From a bacterium (lineage in GTDB: Bacteria > Krumholzibacteriota > Krumholzibacteriia > G020349025): a DNA stretch of 64,000 bases. The notes beneath the pieces are model-generated. The model did no database searches and was not told the DNA's origin. It saw nothing but the letters and a program-made list of their open reading frames with translations. Below, one piece after another: positions 16,754 to 27,184 of this stretch; the stretch's first letter is position 1, and each line of letters begins with the position of its first letter. The stretch is taken from assembly GCA_031362565.1 (NCBI GenBank), contig JANLSU010000062.1, positions 1-64,000 on the forward strand, read 5' to 3'. The position numbers were made by a program, and so were the translations under genes.

Positions 16754-18454
16754 ATGGACCGCAACTTGTGGATCCGCTTCGGGGTCATCGCCGCCGTCAT
16801 CGTCGTTTGTGCCTATCTGCTGGCGCCGTCCTACACCTACTTCAAGAAGTACCAGAAGCTGACCGCGCAGCAGGTCGCCAAGCTCCCGGAAGCGGAGCAT
16901 CGCGAGTACCAGGGCCTGCTCGACAAATCGATCAAGCTCGGCCTCGACCTGCAGGGCGGCATGCACGTCGTCTTGGAAATGGACACGCTCCAAGGCCACG
17001 CCAAGATCGAGAACAAGCGCGACGCTCAGGACCGGGTGTTGCAAGTTCTCACGACCCGCGTCGACAAGTTCGGCGTCACCGAACCGACGATCTCCAAGCA
17101 GGGCGAAAACCGCATCATGCTGCAATTGCCGGGCGTCGATGACCCGGCGCGCGTCCGCAAGATCATCCAGGAAACGGCGCAGTTGCAATTCCGCATGGTC
17201 GATGACCAGTCGGAAGTCGAGACCGTTCTCAAGAAGATCGACGAACTCGTGAAGGCGAATCCGGGGACCGCGGCGACACCGGTCACGCCGCCGGGCACGA
17301 CCGCTGCGGCCGCCGATTCGACGGCGCACGCCAATGGCGATTCGTTGTTCCCCGAGCTTTCGGCACCCAAACCGGAGGCCGCGACCGGCAATCCCGACGC
17401 GCCGTTCAGCAGCCAATTCGTCGCTTTCCAGAACGGCGCCCTGTACCTGCCGAATGACCCGGTGCGCTTGGCGCGCATCAACGAAATTCTGGCCCGCACC
17501 GACGTCAAGGAGCGCGCCATGGGCGCCTCGGAATTCCTCTGGAGCAGCGAGGCAGGCCCGCACACGCAGGACGGGCTCGCGACCAAGCCACTCTTCCTCG
17601 TGAAGAAGAAGGTCGAACTGGCTGGCGACCGGCTCGAAGACGCGCACGTGTCGCCGGATCCCGACCGTCCCAACGGCCAGCAAATCGCTTTCCGGCTCGA
17701 CCGCCGCGGCGCCCGCCAGTTCGCCAAGGTCACCGAGGCGAACGTCGGCCACCTGATGGCGATCGTGCTCGATGACGTGGTCAAGTCGGCGCCCAACATC
17801 AAGGGCAAGATTCCGGGCGGCGAAGGTGTCATTCAGGGCACCTTCACCGACAAGGAAGCGCGCGACCTTGCCATCGTGCTGCGCGCCGGCGCCCTGCCGG
17901 TCAAGCTCAACTTCATCGAGGAACGCACCGTGGGCCCGACGCTGGGGGCCGACTCGCTGCATCGCGGCGTCATGGCGGGCCTCATCGGCTTGGGTATTTC
18001 GGTGCTGTTCTTGATCGTCTACTACAAGGCCTCGGGTGCGCTTGCGGCACTCGGTCTGACGCTCAACATGTTCATCGTGCTGGCGGCGATGGCGACGCTC
18101 GGGGCCGCGATGTCGCTGCCCGGCATTGCCGGACTGGTGCTCTCGGTGGCCATGGCGGTGGATGCCAACGTGCTTATTTTCGAGCGCATCCGCGAAGAAT
18201 TGCGCAAGAACAAGACGGTCAGTTCGTCGATCGAGGCCGGCTACAAGAATGCGTTTTCGGCCATTCTCGATTCCAACATGACCACCATGTTTTCCGGCAT
18301 CGTCTTGCTGTATTTCGGAACCGGGCCCGTGAAGGGTTTCGCCGTGACGCTGTGCATCGGTATCACGGCGTCCATGTTCACGGCATTGTTCTGCACCCGG
18401 TTCGTGTACGACGCGCTGTCACGCCACCGGAAGATGGCCACGCTGAGCATCTGA
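16754..18454 (+). CDS. secD: Protein translocase subunit SecD
   Basis: LGLDLQGG, RVDKFGVTEP, LRAGALP, VGPTLG, VDANVLIFERIREE. Confidence 0.97.
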   Translation: MDRNLWIRFGVIAAVIVVCAYLLAPSYTYFKKYQKLTAQQVAKLPEAEHREYQGLLDKSIKLGLDLQGGMHVVLEMDTLQGHAKIENKRDAQDRVLQVLTTRVDKFGVTEPTISKQGENRIMLQLPGVDDPARVRKIIQETAQLQFRMVDDQSEVETVLKKIDELVKANPGTAATPVTPPGTTAAAADSTAHANGDSLFPELSAPKPEAATGNPDAPFSSQFVAFQNGALYLPNDPVRLARINEILARTDVKERAMGASEFLWSSEAGPHTQDGLATKPLFLVKKKVELAGDRLEDAHVSPDPDRPNGQQIAFRLDRRGARQFAKVTEANVGHLMAIVLDDVVKSAPNIKGKIPGGEGVIQGTFTDKEARDLAIVLRAGALPVKLNFIEERTVGPTLGADSLHRGVMAGLIGLGISVLFLIVYYKASGALAALGLTLNMFIVLAAMATLGAAMSLPGIAGLVLSVAMAVDANVLIFERIREELRKNKTVSSSIEAGYKNAFSAILDSNMTTMFSGIVLLYFGTGPVKGFAVTLCIGITASMFTALFCTRFVYDALSRHRKMATLSI

Positions 18455-18529
18455 CCAAGCGGCGCGGCCAGATGGCCGTGCGGCGCGGGCGCGATCAAGC
18501 GCCGTCGTAAGGAAAGGATCCCAGAGCCC

Positions 18530-19510
18530 ATGCGCCTCTTGCGGGACACGAACTTCGACTTCATGTCCAAGCGCTACTATGCGTTTGCGTTCTCGCTCGC
18601 GATCATCGTGCCGGGTCTGATCTCGATGGTCGCCCGTGGCGGCCTCAACTTGGGCGTCGACTTCACGGGCGGCGTGCAAGTCGAAGTGCAACTGCTGTCG
18701 AAGTCGGGAACGGAAACCGAAGCGGCGATCGAAGGTGTGCGCGGCGCGGTGGCGGAAGCCGGCTACGACAACCGTTCCATCCAGAAGGCCGGCGGCGGCG
18801 AGATCAACGACTTCTTGATTCACGTGCAGGGTGAAAAGGCCTCCGCCACGGCCAACGTCAATGACGTGAGCGGCAGCAAGCACATCTCGGAAGCGATCAT
18901 GGAGAAGCTCCAAGCGCGCTTCCCGGAATTCAACGTACAGTTGCGGCAGGTCCAGGAAGTCGGCCCCAAGGTCGGCGCGGAACTGCGCTTTGCGGCTCTG
19001 CAGGCCGTATTGCTGTCGATTCTGCTGGTCATGGTTTATGTGGCCTGGCGGTTCGAATTCCGTTTTGGCGTCACGACGATCATCGCGGCGGCACACGACG
19101 TGTTCTTCGTGCTCGGACTGTTCTCGCTCTTGCACAAGGAAATGACCCTGACGGTCATCGCGGCGTTCCTGACCCTAGTGGGTTACTCGGTCAACGACAC
19201 CATCGTAGTGTTCGACCGGATCCGCGAGGAACTCAAGGCGAAGCAAAAACGCGAGCCGTACGAGAAGATCTTCAACGACGCCATCAACAAGACGCTGTCG
19301 CGGACGATCCTGACCGGTGTCACGACGTTGATCGTGCTCGCGTCCCTGTACTTCGCCGGCGGCGACGTCATTCATGACTTCGCCTGGGTGCTCCTGGTGG
19401 GTATTTTCGTCGGCACCTATTCATCGATCTTCGTGGCGGCGCCACTGGTCGTCGAGTGGAACAAGCGCGCCGAGGCCCGCGAGCTGGCCAAGACGCAACG
19501 CGCCGCGTGA
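18530..19510 (+). CDS. secF: Protein translocase subunit SecF
   Basis: GVDFTGG, VGPKVG, GYSVNDTIVVFDRIRE, GTYSSIF. Confidence 0.97.
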   Translation: MRLLRDTNFDFMSKRYYAFAFSLAIIVPGLISMVARGGLNLGVDFTGGVQVEVQLLSKSGTETEAAIEGVRGAVAEAGYDNRSIQKAGGGEINDFLIHVQGEKASATANVNDVSGSKHISEAIMEKLQARFPEFNVQLRQVQEVGPKVGAELRFAALQAVLLSILLVMVYVAWRFEFRFGVTTIIAAAHDVFFVLGLFSLLHKEMTLTVIAAFLTLVGYSVNDTIVVFDRIREELKAKQKREPYEKIFNDAINKTLSRTILTGVTTLIVLASLYFAGGDVIHDFAWVLLVGIFVGTYSSIFVAAPLVVEWNKRAEARELAKTQRAA

Positions 19511-19541
19511 CGCGACGCCGGGTCTTTTCCGGAGGTCGAGC

Positions 19542-20069
19542 ATGACCCCCGAAGAGATGATTGGATTCGCGGGACGCGCCGCCATTCTCGCCTTCGGCGG
19601 AGCGTCGCTACTCCTCAATACCCTCGGACTGCCCGGCAACTGGATCTTGCTCGCGCTCACCATTGGTTATGCCTTCCTCACCCACTTCGAGCGTGTTGGC
19701 TGGGGCACCTTGGGTGTCATGGCGGGGCTCGCCGTGCTGGCCGAAATTCTCGAACTCGTCGTCGGGCTCGCATGGACGGCGAAGCGTGGCGTCACCCGCC
19801 GCGGCACCCTCGGCGCCTTCCTGGGCGGGTTGGTAGGCGCCATCGTCCTAGCGGAATTCCTGCCGCCGCTGGGTGCATTGCTGGGTGCGTTCGCCGGCAC
19901 GTTCGCCGGCGCCTACTTGCTCGAGTACTCCAGCGAGCGCAAAAAGGACGTGGCCCTGCGCGCCGGCCGCGCCGCATTCGTGGGGCGCATCGTGGCGGCC
20001 AGCATCAAGACTCTGTGCGGCTTCTGGATGTGGTGCATTCTCGCCTGGCGGTTGCTGGCGCCGCGCTGA
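19542..20069 (+). CDS. DUF456 family membrane protein
   Basis: LPGNW, Gly-rich TM helices, K..RAG.AAF.G; GGAGG RBS. Confidence 0.8.
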   Translation: MTPEEMIGFAGRAAILAFGGASLLLNTLGLPGNWILLALTIGYAFLTHFERVGWGTLGVMAGLAVLAEILELVVGLAWTAKRGVTRRGTLGAFLGGLVGAIVLAEFLPPLGALLGAFAGTFAGAYLLEYSSERKKDVALRAGRAAFVGRIVAASIKTLCGFWMWCILAWRLLAPR

Positions 20070-20084
20070 GACGGCCGGCTTGCG

Positions 20085-21449
20085 TCAGGCGCCGCGGCCG
20101 CTCCGGCGGACCCGGCGCGATACGGCGACCAAGCTCCGCGCGCACCACGGACAGTGCTCCCAATACGTCGCCGCCACCGACGCCTTGCACCCCGTGCAGC
20201 GGCCGGCGAGGGCACGGCTGCGCCACGGACGCAGCTTGGCGTTGCACCAGGCGCAATGCCGCATGTGCGGCAAGAGGCGCGTCTCCTTGCAGCGTGGATT
20301 CGGGCACTTGCCGCCGTAGCGCCGATCGCGGCTCTGCAATCGCGACACGTCGCGGAATCCCGGCCCGTAGCACCAGGGACAGAATTTCCAATCATCGTGC
20401 ACGCCGTGTTCACACTCGCGGCACACGTCCGGGAACGTCGCAATGCCGAAGAAGGAGTTGCCGCGGAACCCGCACCATGGGCAGGCCATCATGAACTCCG
20501 ACACCGGGCCCGAACAGCGGTTGCAGCGGTAGTCGAGTCCCAACCGCCGCCCATAGCGCTGCTCGAACTCACGCTGGCGGTATGCCTGCCAGGGAAGGCG
20601 CCGGCCGTTGGCGTGCGGCGCTGCGTGCGGCTGCGGCGCGAGTTCGGGAAGCGCCCGCTCGAAGGCGTGCAGCATGGCGCCGGCGGTGGTGAAGCGGCGC
20701 CCCAGATCGAAACTGGCGGCGCGGCGGATGACCGGTACGATCGCCGCCGGCACGCGCTCTTCGAACATCTTGGAGCGCTCGAAGGGCCAGCGGAACGGCC
20801 ACGTGGGCAATTGGCGGGTCACCATTTCATAGAACACCACTGCGATACCGAACACGTCGGACGCGAACTCCGGGCGGCCATAGGCTTGTTCGGGAGCGCG
20901 ATAACTTGGCGTGCCGGTCACCGTCGTATGCGTTGACGGTTCGGCGAAACGCGACACACCGAAGTCGGCGAGCTTCACCTGTCCATCGCGCCACACGAGA
21001 ATGTTCTCGGGTTTGATGTCGCGATGAATGATGCCGCGCTCGTGCGCGTGAGCGAGGCCACGCAGTACGCCGCGCAACACGTGTAGGGCGAAGCGCGTCG
21101 AACGCTGCCGCACGAGAAGATCGGCGAGCGTGGCGTCGCCCAACTCCGATACCAGGACCAAGCGTCCGTCGATCACTTCGGCGGTCTTCAAACGCACGAT
21201 ATTGGGATGGTCGAGGTACGCGGCGATGCGCGCCTCGTGCAGAAACACATTTTGCGTCGTGAGGTTGCGGTGCGTGAACACCTTGAGCGCGACGCGCACG
21301 TGTTCCACCGTGTCGAAGGCGCGATAGACGGTGGCGAAGTGGCCTTCGCCAAGGCGCTTTTCGAGGCGGTACTTGTGCAGCATCGTGCCGCGTTGGAGTG
21401 CTGCGGCGCCGTGCCGCGCTGGACGCGCGCCGTGTGGAGTTCTTGGCAT
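20085..21449 (-). CDS. Ser/Thr protein kinase with C-terminal multi-zinc-ribbon domain
   Basis: GEGHFATVY, VALK, HRDIKPEN, DFG, APE; eight Cys pairs (CxxC/CxxxxC) at the C-terminus. Confidence 0.9.
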   Translation of the reverse strand: MPRTPHGARPARHGAAALQRGTMLHKYRLEKRLGEGHFATVYRAFDTVEHVRVALKVFTHRNLTTQNVFLHEARIAAYLDHPNIVRLKTAEVIDGRLVLVSELGDATLADLLVRQRSTRFALHVLRGVLRGLAHAHERGIIHRDIKPENILVWRDGQVKLADFGVSRFAEPSTHTTVTGTPSYRAPEQAYGRPEFASDVFGIAVVFYEMVTRQLPTWPFRWPFERSKMFEERVPAAIVPVIRRAASFDLGRRFTTAGAMLHAFERALPELAPQPHAAPHANGRRLPWQAYRQREFEQRYGRRLGLDYRCNRCSGPVSEFMMACPWCGFRGNSFFGIATFPDVCRECEHGVHDDWKFCPWCYGPGFRDVSRLQSRDRRYGGKCPNPRCKETRLLPHMRHCAWCNAKLRPWRSRALAGRCTGCKASVAATYWEHCPWCARSLVAVSRRVRRSGRGA

Positions 21450-21609
21450 TTGTGCCGCAGCCTCACCAAAGGGAGAACGAGTCCCAAGATCATACCAAGC
21501 CGTAAACGGATCCGCCCAGGTGTCGCCGGAAGGGGACAAGGTGTCCTCCCGCGAGGCCGAAATGCGGGGCCGGGAAGTGCCATCCGCGGTCTGGGTGCCA
21601 TTTGGTGCG

Positions 21610-21625
21610 CGGCACAGCGGTTGCA
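21610..21625 (+). promoter_or_regulatory. sigma54-type promoter
   Basis: CGGCACAGCGGTTGCA, close to consensus TGGCAC-N5-TTGC. Confidence 0.65.
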
Positions 21626-21682
21626 GCCTCTCTAGTCCTTGCCTCGCCCGCCCTTTGGGCCCGAGTTGTTCAGGGAGCCCCA

Positions 21683-22186
21683 ATGGTGACGTTTCGCCCT
21701 GGTTCGAGAGCCCTTCGAAGCACCGTGCTGGCCGCGGTTGGCGGCGCATTGCTCGGGCTCGGGGCATGGGCGTCGAACGCCGGGGCGCAGGATGGCTCCG
21801 ATTCGAGTCCCACCGGCGACGCGCCCGCACCGATTTTTGCGAGCATCGAGCGCGCTTGGGTCGTCGGTTCCGCCGACGCGGTGCTGGAGCATTTTGGCAA
21901 GCGCAAGGTGTTCATTTCGCTGCCCGAGGGTGGTCCGGATGGCGGCACGTATTCGCGCGCCCAAAGCTACTTCATCTTCAAGGAACTGTTCGACGCCACG
22001 CGTACCGAGGAGTTCTCCTTTGTTTCCATTCGGCAACCCGAGGAGCAACCGCAAACCGCCGTCGGGCGCGCCGAACGAACGTTTCGTTTTCGCGACAGCA
22101 GCCGCACGCAGCGGGACCGCATCTTTGTTTCATTGGTGCGCGAAGGTGACCGCTGGGTCATTGCCGAGATCAAGTCGGTGCGCTGA
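21683..22186 (+). CDS. DUF4783-like secreted protein
   Basis: Signal peptide; GSADAVLEHF...YSRAQSYFIFKELF pattern. Confidence 0.65.
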   Translation: MVTFRPGSRALRSTVLAAVGGALLGLGAWASNAGAQDGSDSSPTGDAPAPIFASIERAWVVGSADAVLEHFGKRKVFISLPEGGPDGGTYSRAQSYFIFKELFDATRTEEFSFVSIRQPEEQPQTAVGRAERTFRFRDSSRTQRDRIFVSLVREGDRWVIAEIKSVR

Positions 22187-22204
22187 TCGCATGCACGCGA
22201 CCGA

Positions 22205-25200
22205 ATGCCGCCGTTGATGCACCGATTCCAATTGATCTTCGGGCTCGCGCTGGCGGGCCTCGGCCTTCTCGGACGCGCCGCGGCGCCCGACGGCTGGGCG
22301 TTGCCGCCGGCCGGAGTGGCGCTCCTGGGACTTGTTCTCGCGGCGGGTGCGGTCGTGGCGTGGACCCAGCGTGCCCGGCCCGGTGCGCGTGTCTTGGCCG
22401 GGTGTTTGGCGGTGCTCGCCGGTTGCGCCGTGCTCGCTTTAGCGCCGCAGCGCACGAACCCGACCGCCTGGCAGGCGAGTGAGGACGCGCGCCTGCAGCG
22501 CCGTTTTGCAACTGCCCGCATCAAAGTGCAGGCGCTCGAGTCCCAGGCGCGCCGTATCGCACGCGCGGCGCGCGCCGAACTCGACACCCTCTCGACTCCG
22601 GGCCTTGCGAGTGTGGCGCTGCCCGGCGCCGTGGGTCTGGGCGCGCGGTCCGAAGACCGCGCCGCGCTGTTTCAAGCCCTCGATGCCGTGGTGGCGCGCA
22701 ATGCTCCAACTGCGGCGCCCGACGGCGCCGAAACGGGCCCCGGTGTGCAAGTCTTCGACACCAACAACGCCTTAGTGGCTTGGTCCGGCGCGTCCCACCC
22801 GCTCGATCCGGATTCACGTCTGACGCGCTTCGGCGACGGAACGCAGCCGCTCTATTTTCGCCGCAGCGGCGTTTATACCCTGCTGTCGTTCGAAGTGCGC
22901 GACGCGCCGCGGGCGCCGGCGCCGGCGCGCGGTCCGCTGCGGGTTCTCGTCGATGTCCCGGTGGAAGTGCGCTACCGCATCAGCAACCGGTTTCTGCGTT
23001 CGCACAGTGTCGCAACGGATCTCTCCGGCGATGGGATCGAAACCGATCTCATTTACGATACACCCAACGTGCCGCCTTATCTGGCGCACGAAGACTTGGA
23101 AGTGCACGGCGACGAGATGCATGGGCGCGAAGCCATGGGTGTGGTCCGGGACTCGAGCGGTACGGCGCTCGTTCTCGTCCGTCTGAAGGGATTATCGGCC
23201 GCCGATACCGTGGAGCATGTACGCCAGGAACGCGACGCCGTCCTGCGTTGGCTCCTGGTGGTGGCGCTCGCGCTCTGGTTCGTGGCCGCAGGCCAGGCGA
23301 TCGGTGCGTCGCGGTTCGCGCCGTCCGGCACCGGGAGGGCCGGCGCCGCGGGGGTGGCCGGCGTCATTGTGGCGATTGGCGTCCTGCGTTGGATGCTGGC
23401 GTGGCTCGGATTGCCTTCGAACCGCATCGGCTCGAGCTTGCTGAATCCCGCGACGTTCGCGATGGTGGGTTTCGGCGGCATATTGCGTTCACCCATCGAT
23501 CTCGTGCTGACGGCGGTCGCAATTGCCGCTGCGGCGTTTCTGGTGGCGGTGTTTTGGGCCCGCGCCATCGCCCGCGCGCCGGCCGCGCCGCCGGGCGTCG
23601 CCGGTTGGCGTGCATTCGCCGGTCCGTTTGCCGGCGCGGCCGTCATTGGCGCCGTCGTCTTGGGTGCGATCGTCTTCGTGGGCCGGGTCGCCGGCGATTC
23701 CAACCCCTACTTGCTTGGCGCCCAGCTCGATCTCTTGTCTCCGGGCGCTGCGTGTTTGCACTTTGGACTCTTGCTTGGAGTGGGGGGCGGGCTCGTTCTG
23801 GGCGTACTCGCGAGTAGTGCGTTGTGTGGAGCACGTGCCGGCCGCCTGGCGGGCGGGCTCGCCTTGGCATTGCTCGGCGCGGTGCTTTGGCTGTGTGCCG
23901 GCGCGCTCGGCGCCGCCGTGGGCGGCATCGCGTTCGTTGCGTCGATGCGCGTGCAGAGCCTGCTCCGTGACGCGCGCTTTACGAGCCTCGGCTTGACGAG
24001 TTTCGCGCTCGCGGCACTCGTCGCGACGCTCAACAGCGATGCCATTCACGGCGAGTATTTCCGCGCCACCCAGGCACGCGTGCAAGAGGCCATGGGGCAA
24101 TTGCTCGAGCGCAGCGACGATGTGCGGCGCTTTGCCGTCGAAGACGTGTTGGCGCGGGCGCAGCAGGATGCCGACCTGCGGCGCTCCCTCGCGGCCGATC
24201 GCACCAGCAATCGCGCCGCTCTGGCGTTCGAGCTTTGGGCGCAGGGCGCCCTCAGCAATCTCGGCTATGCCTGCGAGGTCACCGTGTACGATGTGTACGG
24301 GACGCGGGCGAGCCAGTTCGCGGTCGACATGCCGGCCGGGCACGAGACCTCGCATCGGGAACTCTTGTCGCAAGCGCTTGCCGACAGCATGCCCGTCGTG
24401 CGCAGCGACTCCACCGGCCAAGTGTCGAACGAAATGCGCTTCTACCGGGGTGCGGTAAGCGTGCGCACCGGCGGCACCACGGGCGTGCCGCTCGGCGCCG
24501 TCGTCGTCGAACTGCCGTTCGCGCCCTCCAGCTTGGATTTGGCCGCCAACCCGCGCGACCGGACGCCGGAGCTCTTGCGCAATCTGCAGGATGAGGGGAT
24601 CGGCCCACGCGTCGTCGAGTCCGAACGCATGCTGCTCGCATGGATCGACCATGGTTCGGTGGTCGAGTCCTCGACGCCGTATCTCGAAGTCGGCCAGCCG
24701 TTGCGCAGCGCGTTGCCGCGCGTTGGTGCTTGGCAACGGTTGCGATTGGTGAACGGTGACTATTGGGTGACGCGCACTTCGGCGCAGAATCGCGACCTGC
24801 TTGCCGGCTTTCGCCACACGACGCCGCTCGACCGGGTTCTGGAATGGACCCAGCTTGGGTCGTTCAGTTTCGCCGCCACGGCACTCCTCCTCCTCTTGCT
24901 GGCCGGCGCGGGACGGGTGCGCCGCCTGGCACGCGGGTTTCCGCCGCTCTTCGTGCCCAAGCGCCTGGGCTTCCAGCAGAAACTCATGACGGCGTTCTTG
25001 GTCGTGTCGCTGTTGCCGAGTGCGGTGTTGTCGATTGCGACCCGCGACATCATGCGGGACCGTAGCTTGAGCCGCAATCGCGATGCGGCACTCGCCAAAG
25101 CCCGCGCCGCGGAGGCCGCCCTCGCGGACCTCATTCGCCGCGACCTGCAGGCGGTGCGCGAGAGCGAGTACGTGTTGAACGTGTTGCGCGCGCCGACCGT

Positions 25201-27118
25201 GCCGCCGGTGCGCGATCTGCCCGAGTTCGGCAAGATCATGCTGTTTCACGGCGATGGGCAACTCATTCTGGACGAGACGCTCAGCAATCTGACGGACGAA
25301 CAGGCCCGGCATCTGGTGTCGTCGGCGCCGCACGGCGTGTTTGCAGCGCGCGACGGCAAGGAACTGTGCTTGGCGGCGCTCGAGAAACTGTGGCTGTCGC
25401 CGAACGAGGGATTGAACGAGGCCGCCCCGGATGCGCAGCCTTACTACGTCTACTACCAGCGGCGTTTGACCGATGATCTGCTACGCAATCTGGCGCCGAT
25501 TCTCTCGACCGATCTGAGCGCATTCTTGGGGCCGCAGCTCGTGGTGTCGAGCCAGCGGAGCCTGGCGACCGCCGGCCTTCTGCCGTCGCTCTTGCCGCCG
25601 CAGGCCTTCACGCACGTGCAGTTGCGCCGCAACCGTTCGGTCGTGCTCGAGGAACACGCCGGGCGGCAGCGTTATTTTGCCGGGTACGTGCCGCTCGAAG
25701 ACGTGTCGGGCCAGCGCATCGGGACGCTGTCGGTGTCGCAGCTCTTGCAGGCCGACGAATTCGCGATTGAAGTCGAACGGACCCGCGAGTTGGTCTTGGG
25801 GTTGTCGACTCTCATGTTCGTGCTGACCCTCGTTCTTGGCGTGGTGTTTGCGGCGCGCATCTTCGATCCGGTGCGGAATCTCATCGACGGCACGCGCCGG
25901 ATTGCCGGCGGCGACTTGGGATTCCGGTTGCAGGCACGCGCCAGCGATGAGATTGGCGAGCTCGAGCGCTCGTTCAACGACATGTCGGCGCGGGTGCAAT
26001 CGGCGCGCTGGGCCTTGGAAGAGCGCCGCCGCTACTTGGAAGCAGTGCTCGGACACATCGCTTCGGGGGTCATCGCGACCGACGGCGAGGGGCGGATCAC
26101 CGCCGCCAATCCGGCGGCCTATCGCATCCTGGGATTGGCCCCTGGAACTCTGGAGGGTCAGTCGTGCCGCGAACTCGCAGCGAACGACGACCGCGCCCGG
26201 ACCCGATTCTGGGGCCACCTGGGCGACGCCACCGATGGTGACGTCGACGAAATTCCGGTGCATTCGGGCGACGCACAGTCGGCGGTAGCGCCGGCCGGCG
26301 CCATCGAGCGGCTGACGTTGCGTGTTGTCGTCACCGATCTCGTGCCGGAGTCGAATGCGCGGCTCGGGCGCGTGGCGATCTTCGAAGACGTGACCGACCT
26401 CATTCAATCCAAGAAACTATCGGCCTGGGCCGAGATGGCGCGCCAGGTGGCGCACGAAATCAAGAATCCGCTCACCCCCATGAAGCTCTCGGCGCAGTTC
26501 ATGGATCAGGCGTTCCGTGACGGCAGCGACAAGTTTCCACAAATCTTTCGCGAAGGCATGGCGACGATCATCGAGCAAGTGGAATCGTTGCGCCGCATCG
26601 CGACCGAGTTTTCGAACTTTGGCCGGGTCCAAAAGCTGGAGCCGCACCCGATGGATCTCGGCACCCTCGTGCACGGCGTTGCGGCCGCGTACGCGACGAT
26701 CGACGGACTAGAGTTGTCGTTCGTGAACGGTGCCGGCGATGCGCCGGCGGGCGCCGCGGGTGACGTCGCAAACGCCGCGAGGGTGCGAGTCTTGGGCGAT
26801 GACGAGGGGTTGCGGCGCGTGTTCCGCAATGTGTTCGAAAACGCCCGCGAGGCCATGGGTGGCCGCGGCCAAATCACGGTGCGGATCGAGCCGCCGCGCG
26901 GCGACCGGGTGCGCGTCCGGATTACCGATACGGGCCCTGGCGTTTCAGCCGCCGCGGCCACGCGCCTGTTCGAACCGTACTTCTCCACCAAGAACACCGG
27001 CACCGGCCTTGGCCTCGCGATCTCGAAGAGCATCATCGAAGAACTCGGTGGCACGATCGTGCTCGCCAACCGTCCCGAAGGCGGCGCCGAGGCGACGATC
27101 ACCCTGGTGGTATGCTAA
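22205..27118 (+). CDS. Very large membrane sensor histidine kinase (HAMP-PAS-HisKA-HATPase, NtrY-like)
   Basis: DEIGELERSFNDM (HAMP), ARQVAHEIKNPLTP (H-box), DTGPG, FEPYFSTK, GTGLGL; many TM segments. Confidence 0.92.
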   Translation: MPPLMHRFQLIFGLALAGLGLLGRAAAPDGWALPPAGVALLGLVLAAGAVVAWTQRARPGARVLAGCLAVLAGCAVLALAPQRTNPTAWQASEDARLQRRFATARIKVQALESQARRIARAARAELDTLSTPGLASVALPGAVGLGARSEDRAALFQALDAVVARNAPTAAPDGAETGPGVQVFDTNNALVAWSGASHPLDPDSRLTRFGDGTQPLYFRRSGVYTLLSFEVRDAPRAPAPARGPLRVLVDVPVEVRYRISNRFLRSHSVATDLSGDGIETDLIYDTPNVPPYLAHEDLEVHGDEMHGREAMGVVRDSSGTALVLVRLKGLSAADTVEHVRQERDAVLRWLLVVALALWFVAAGQAIGASRFAPSGTGRAGAAGVAGVIVAIGVLRWMLAWLGLPSNRIGSSLLNPATFAMVGFGGILRSPIDLVLTAVAIAAAAFLVAVFWARAIARAPAAPPGVAGWRAFAGPFAGAAVIGAVVLGAIVFVGRVAGDSNPYLLGAQLDLLSPGAACLHFGLLLGVGGGLVLGVLASSALCGARAGRLAGGLALALLGAVLWLCAGALGAAVGGIAFVASMRVQSLLRDARFTSLGLTSFALAALVATLNSDAIHGEYFRATQARVQEAMGQLLERSDDVRRFAVEDVLARAQQDADLRRSLAADRTSNRAALAFELWAQGALSNLGYACEVTVYDVYGTRASQFAVDMPAGHETSHRELLSQALADSMPVVRSDSTGQVSNEMRFYRGAVSVRTGGTTGVPLGAVVVELPFAPSSLDLAANPRDRTPELLRNLQDEGIGPRVVESERMLLAWIDHGSVVESSTPYLEVGQPLRSALPRVGAWQRLRLVNGDYWVTRTSAQNRDLLAGFRHTTPLDRVLEWTQLGSFSFAATALLLLLLAGAGRVRRLARGFPPLFVPKRLGFQQKLMTAFLVVSLLPSAVLSIATRDIMRDRSLSRNRDAALAKARAAEAALADLIRRDLQAVRESEYVLNVLRAPTVPPVRDLPEFGKIMLFHGDGQLILDETLSNLTDEQARHLVSSAPHGVFAARDGKELCLAALEKLWLSPNEGLNEAAPDAQPYYVYYQRRLTDDLLRNLAPILSTDLSAFLGPQLVVSSQRSLATAGLLPSLLPPQAFTHVQLRRNRSVVLEEHAGRQRYFAGYVPLEDVSGQRIGTLSVSQLLQADEFAIEVERTRELVLGLSTLMFVLTLVLGVVFAARIFDPVRNLIDGTRRIAGGDLGFRLQARASDEIGELERSFNDMSARVQSARWALEERRRYLEAVLGHIASGVIATDGEGRITAANPAAYRILGLAPGTLEGQSCRELAANDDRARTRFWGHLGDATDGDVDEIPVHSGDAQSAVAPAGAIERLTLRVVVTDLVPESNARLGRVAIFEDVTDLIQSKKLSAWAEMARQVAHEIKNPLTPMKLSAQFMDQAFRDGSDKFPQIFREGMATIIEQVESLRRIATEFSNFGRVQKLEPHPMDLGTLVHGVAAAYATIDGLELSFVNGAGDAPAGAAGDVANAARVRVLGDDEGLRRVFRNVFENAREAMGGRGQITVRIEPPRGDRVRVRITDTGPGVSAAAATRLFEPYFSTKNTGTGLGLAISKSIIEELGGTIVLANRPEGGAEATITLVVC

Positions 27119-27184
27119 GGCGGCGCCGGTGTTCACACCCTTCGGGGCGGGCCGCCACGAACGTACTTCGAGCAGGAGAGCGAC

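Noticed and set aside
14545..17962. 628-aa and 536-aa minus-strand ORFs
   Set aside because: Antisense to the deacetylase and secD; a codon-bias shadow.
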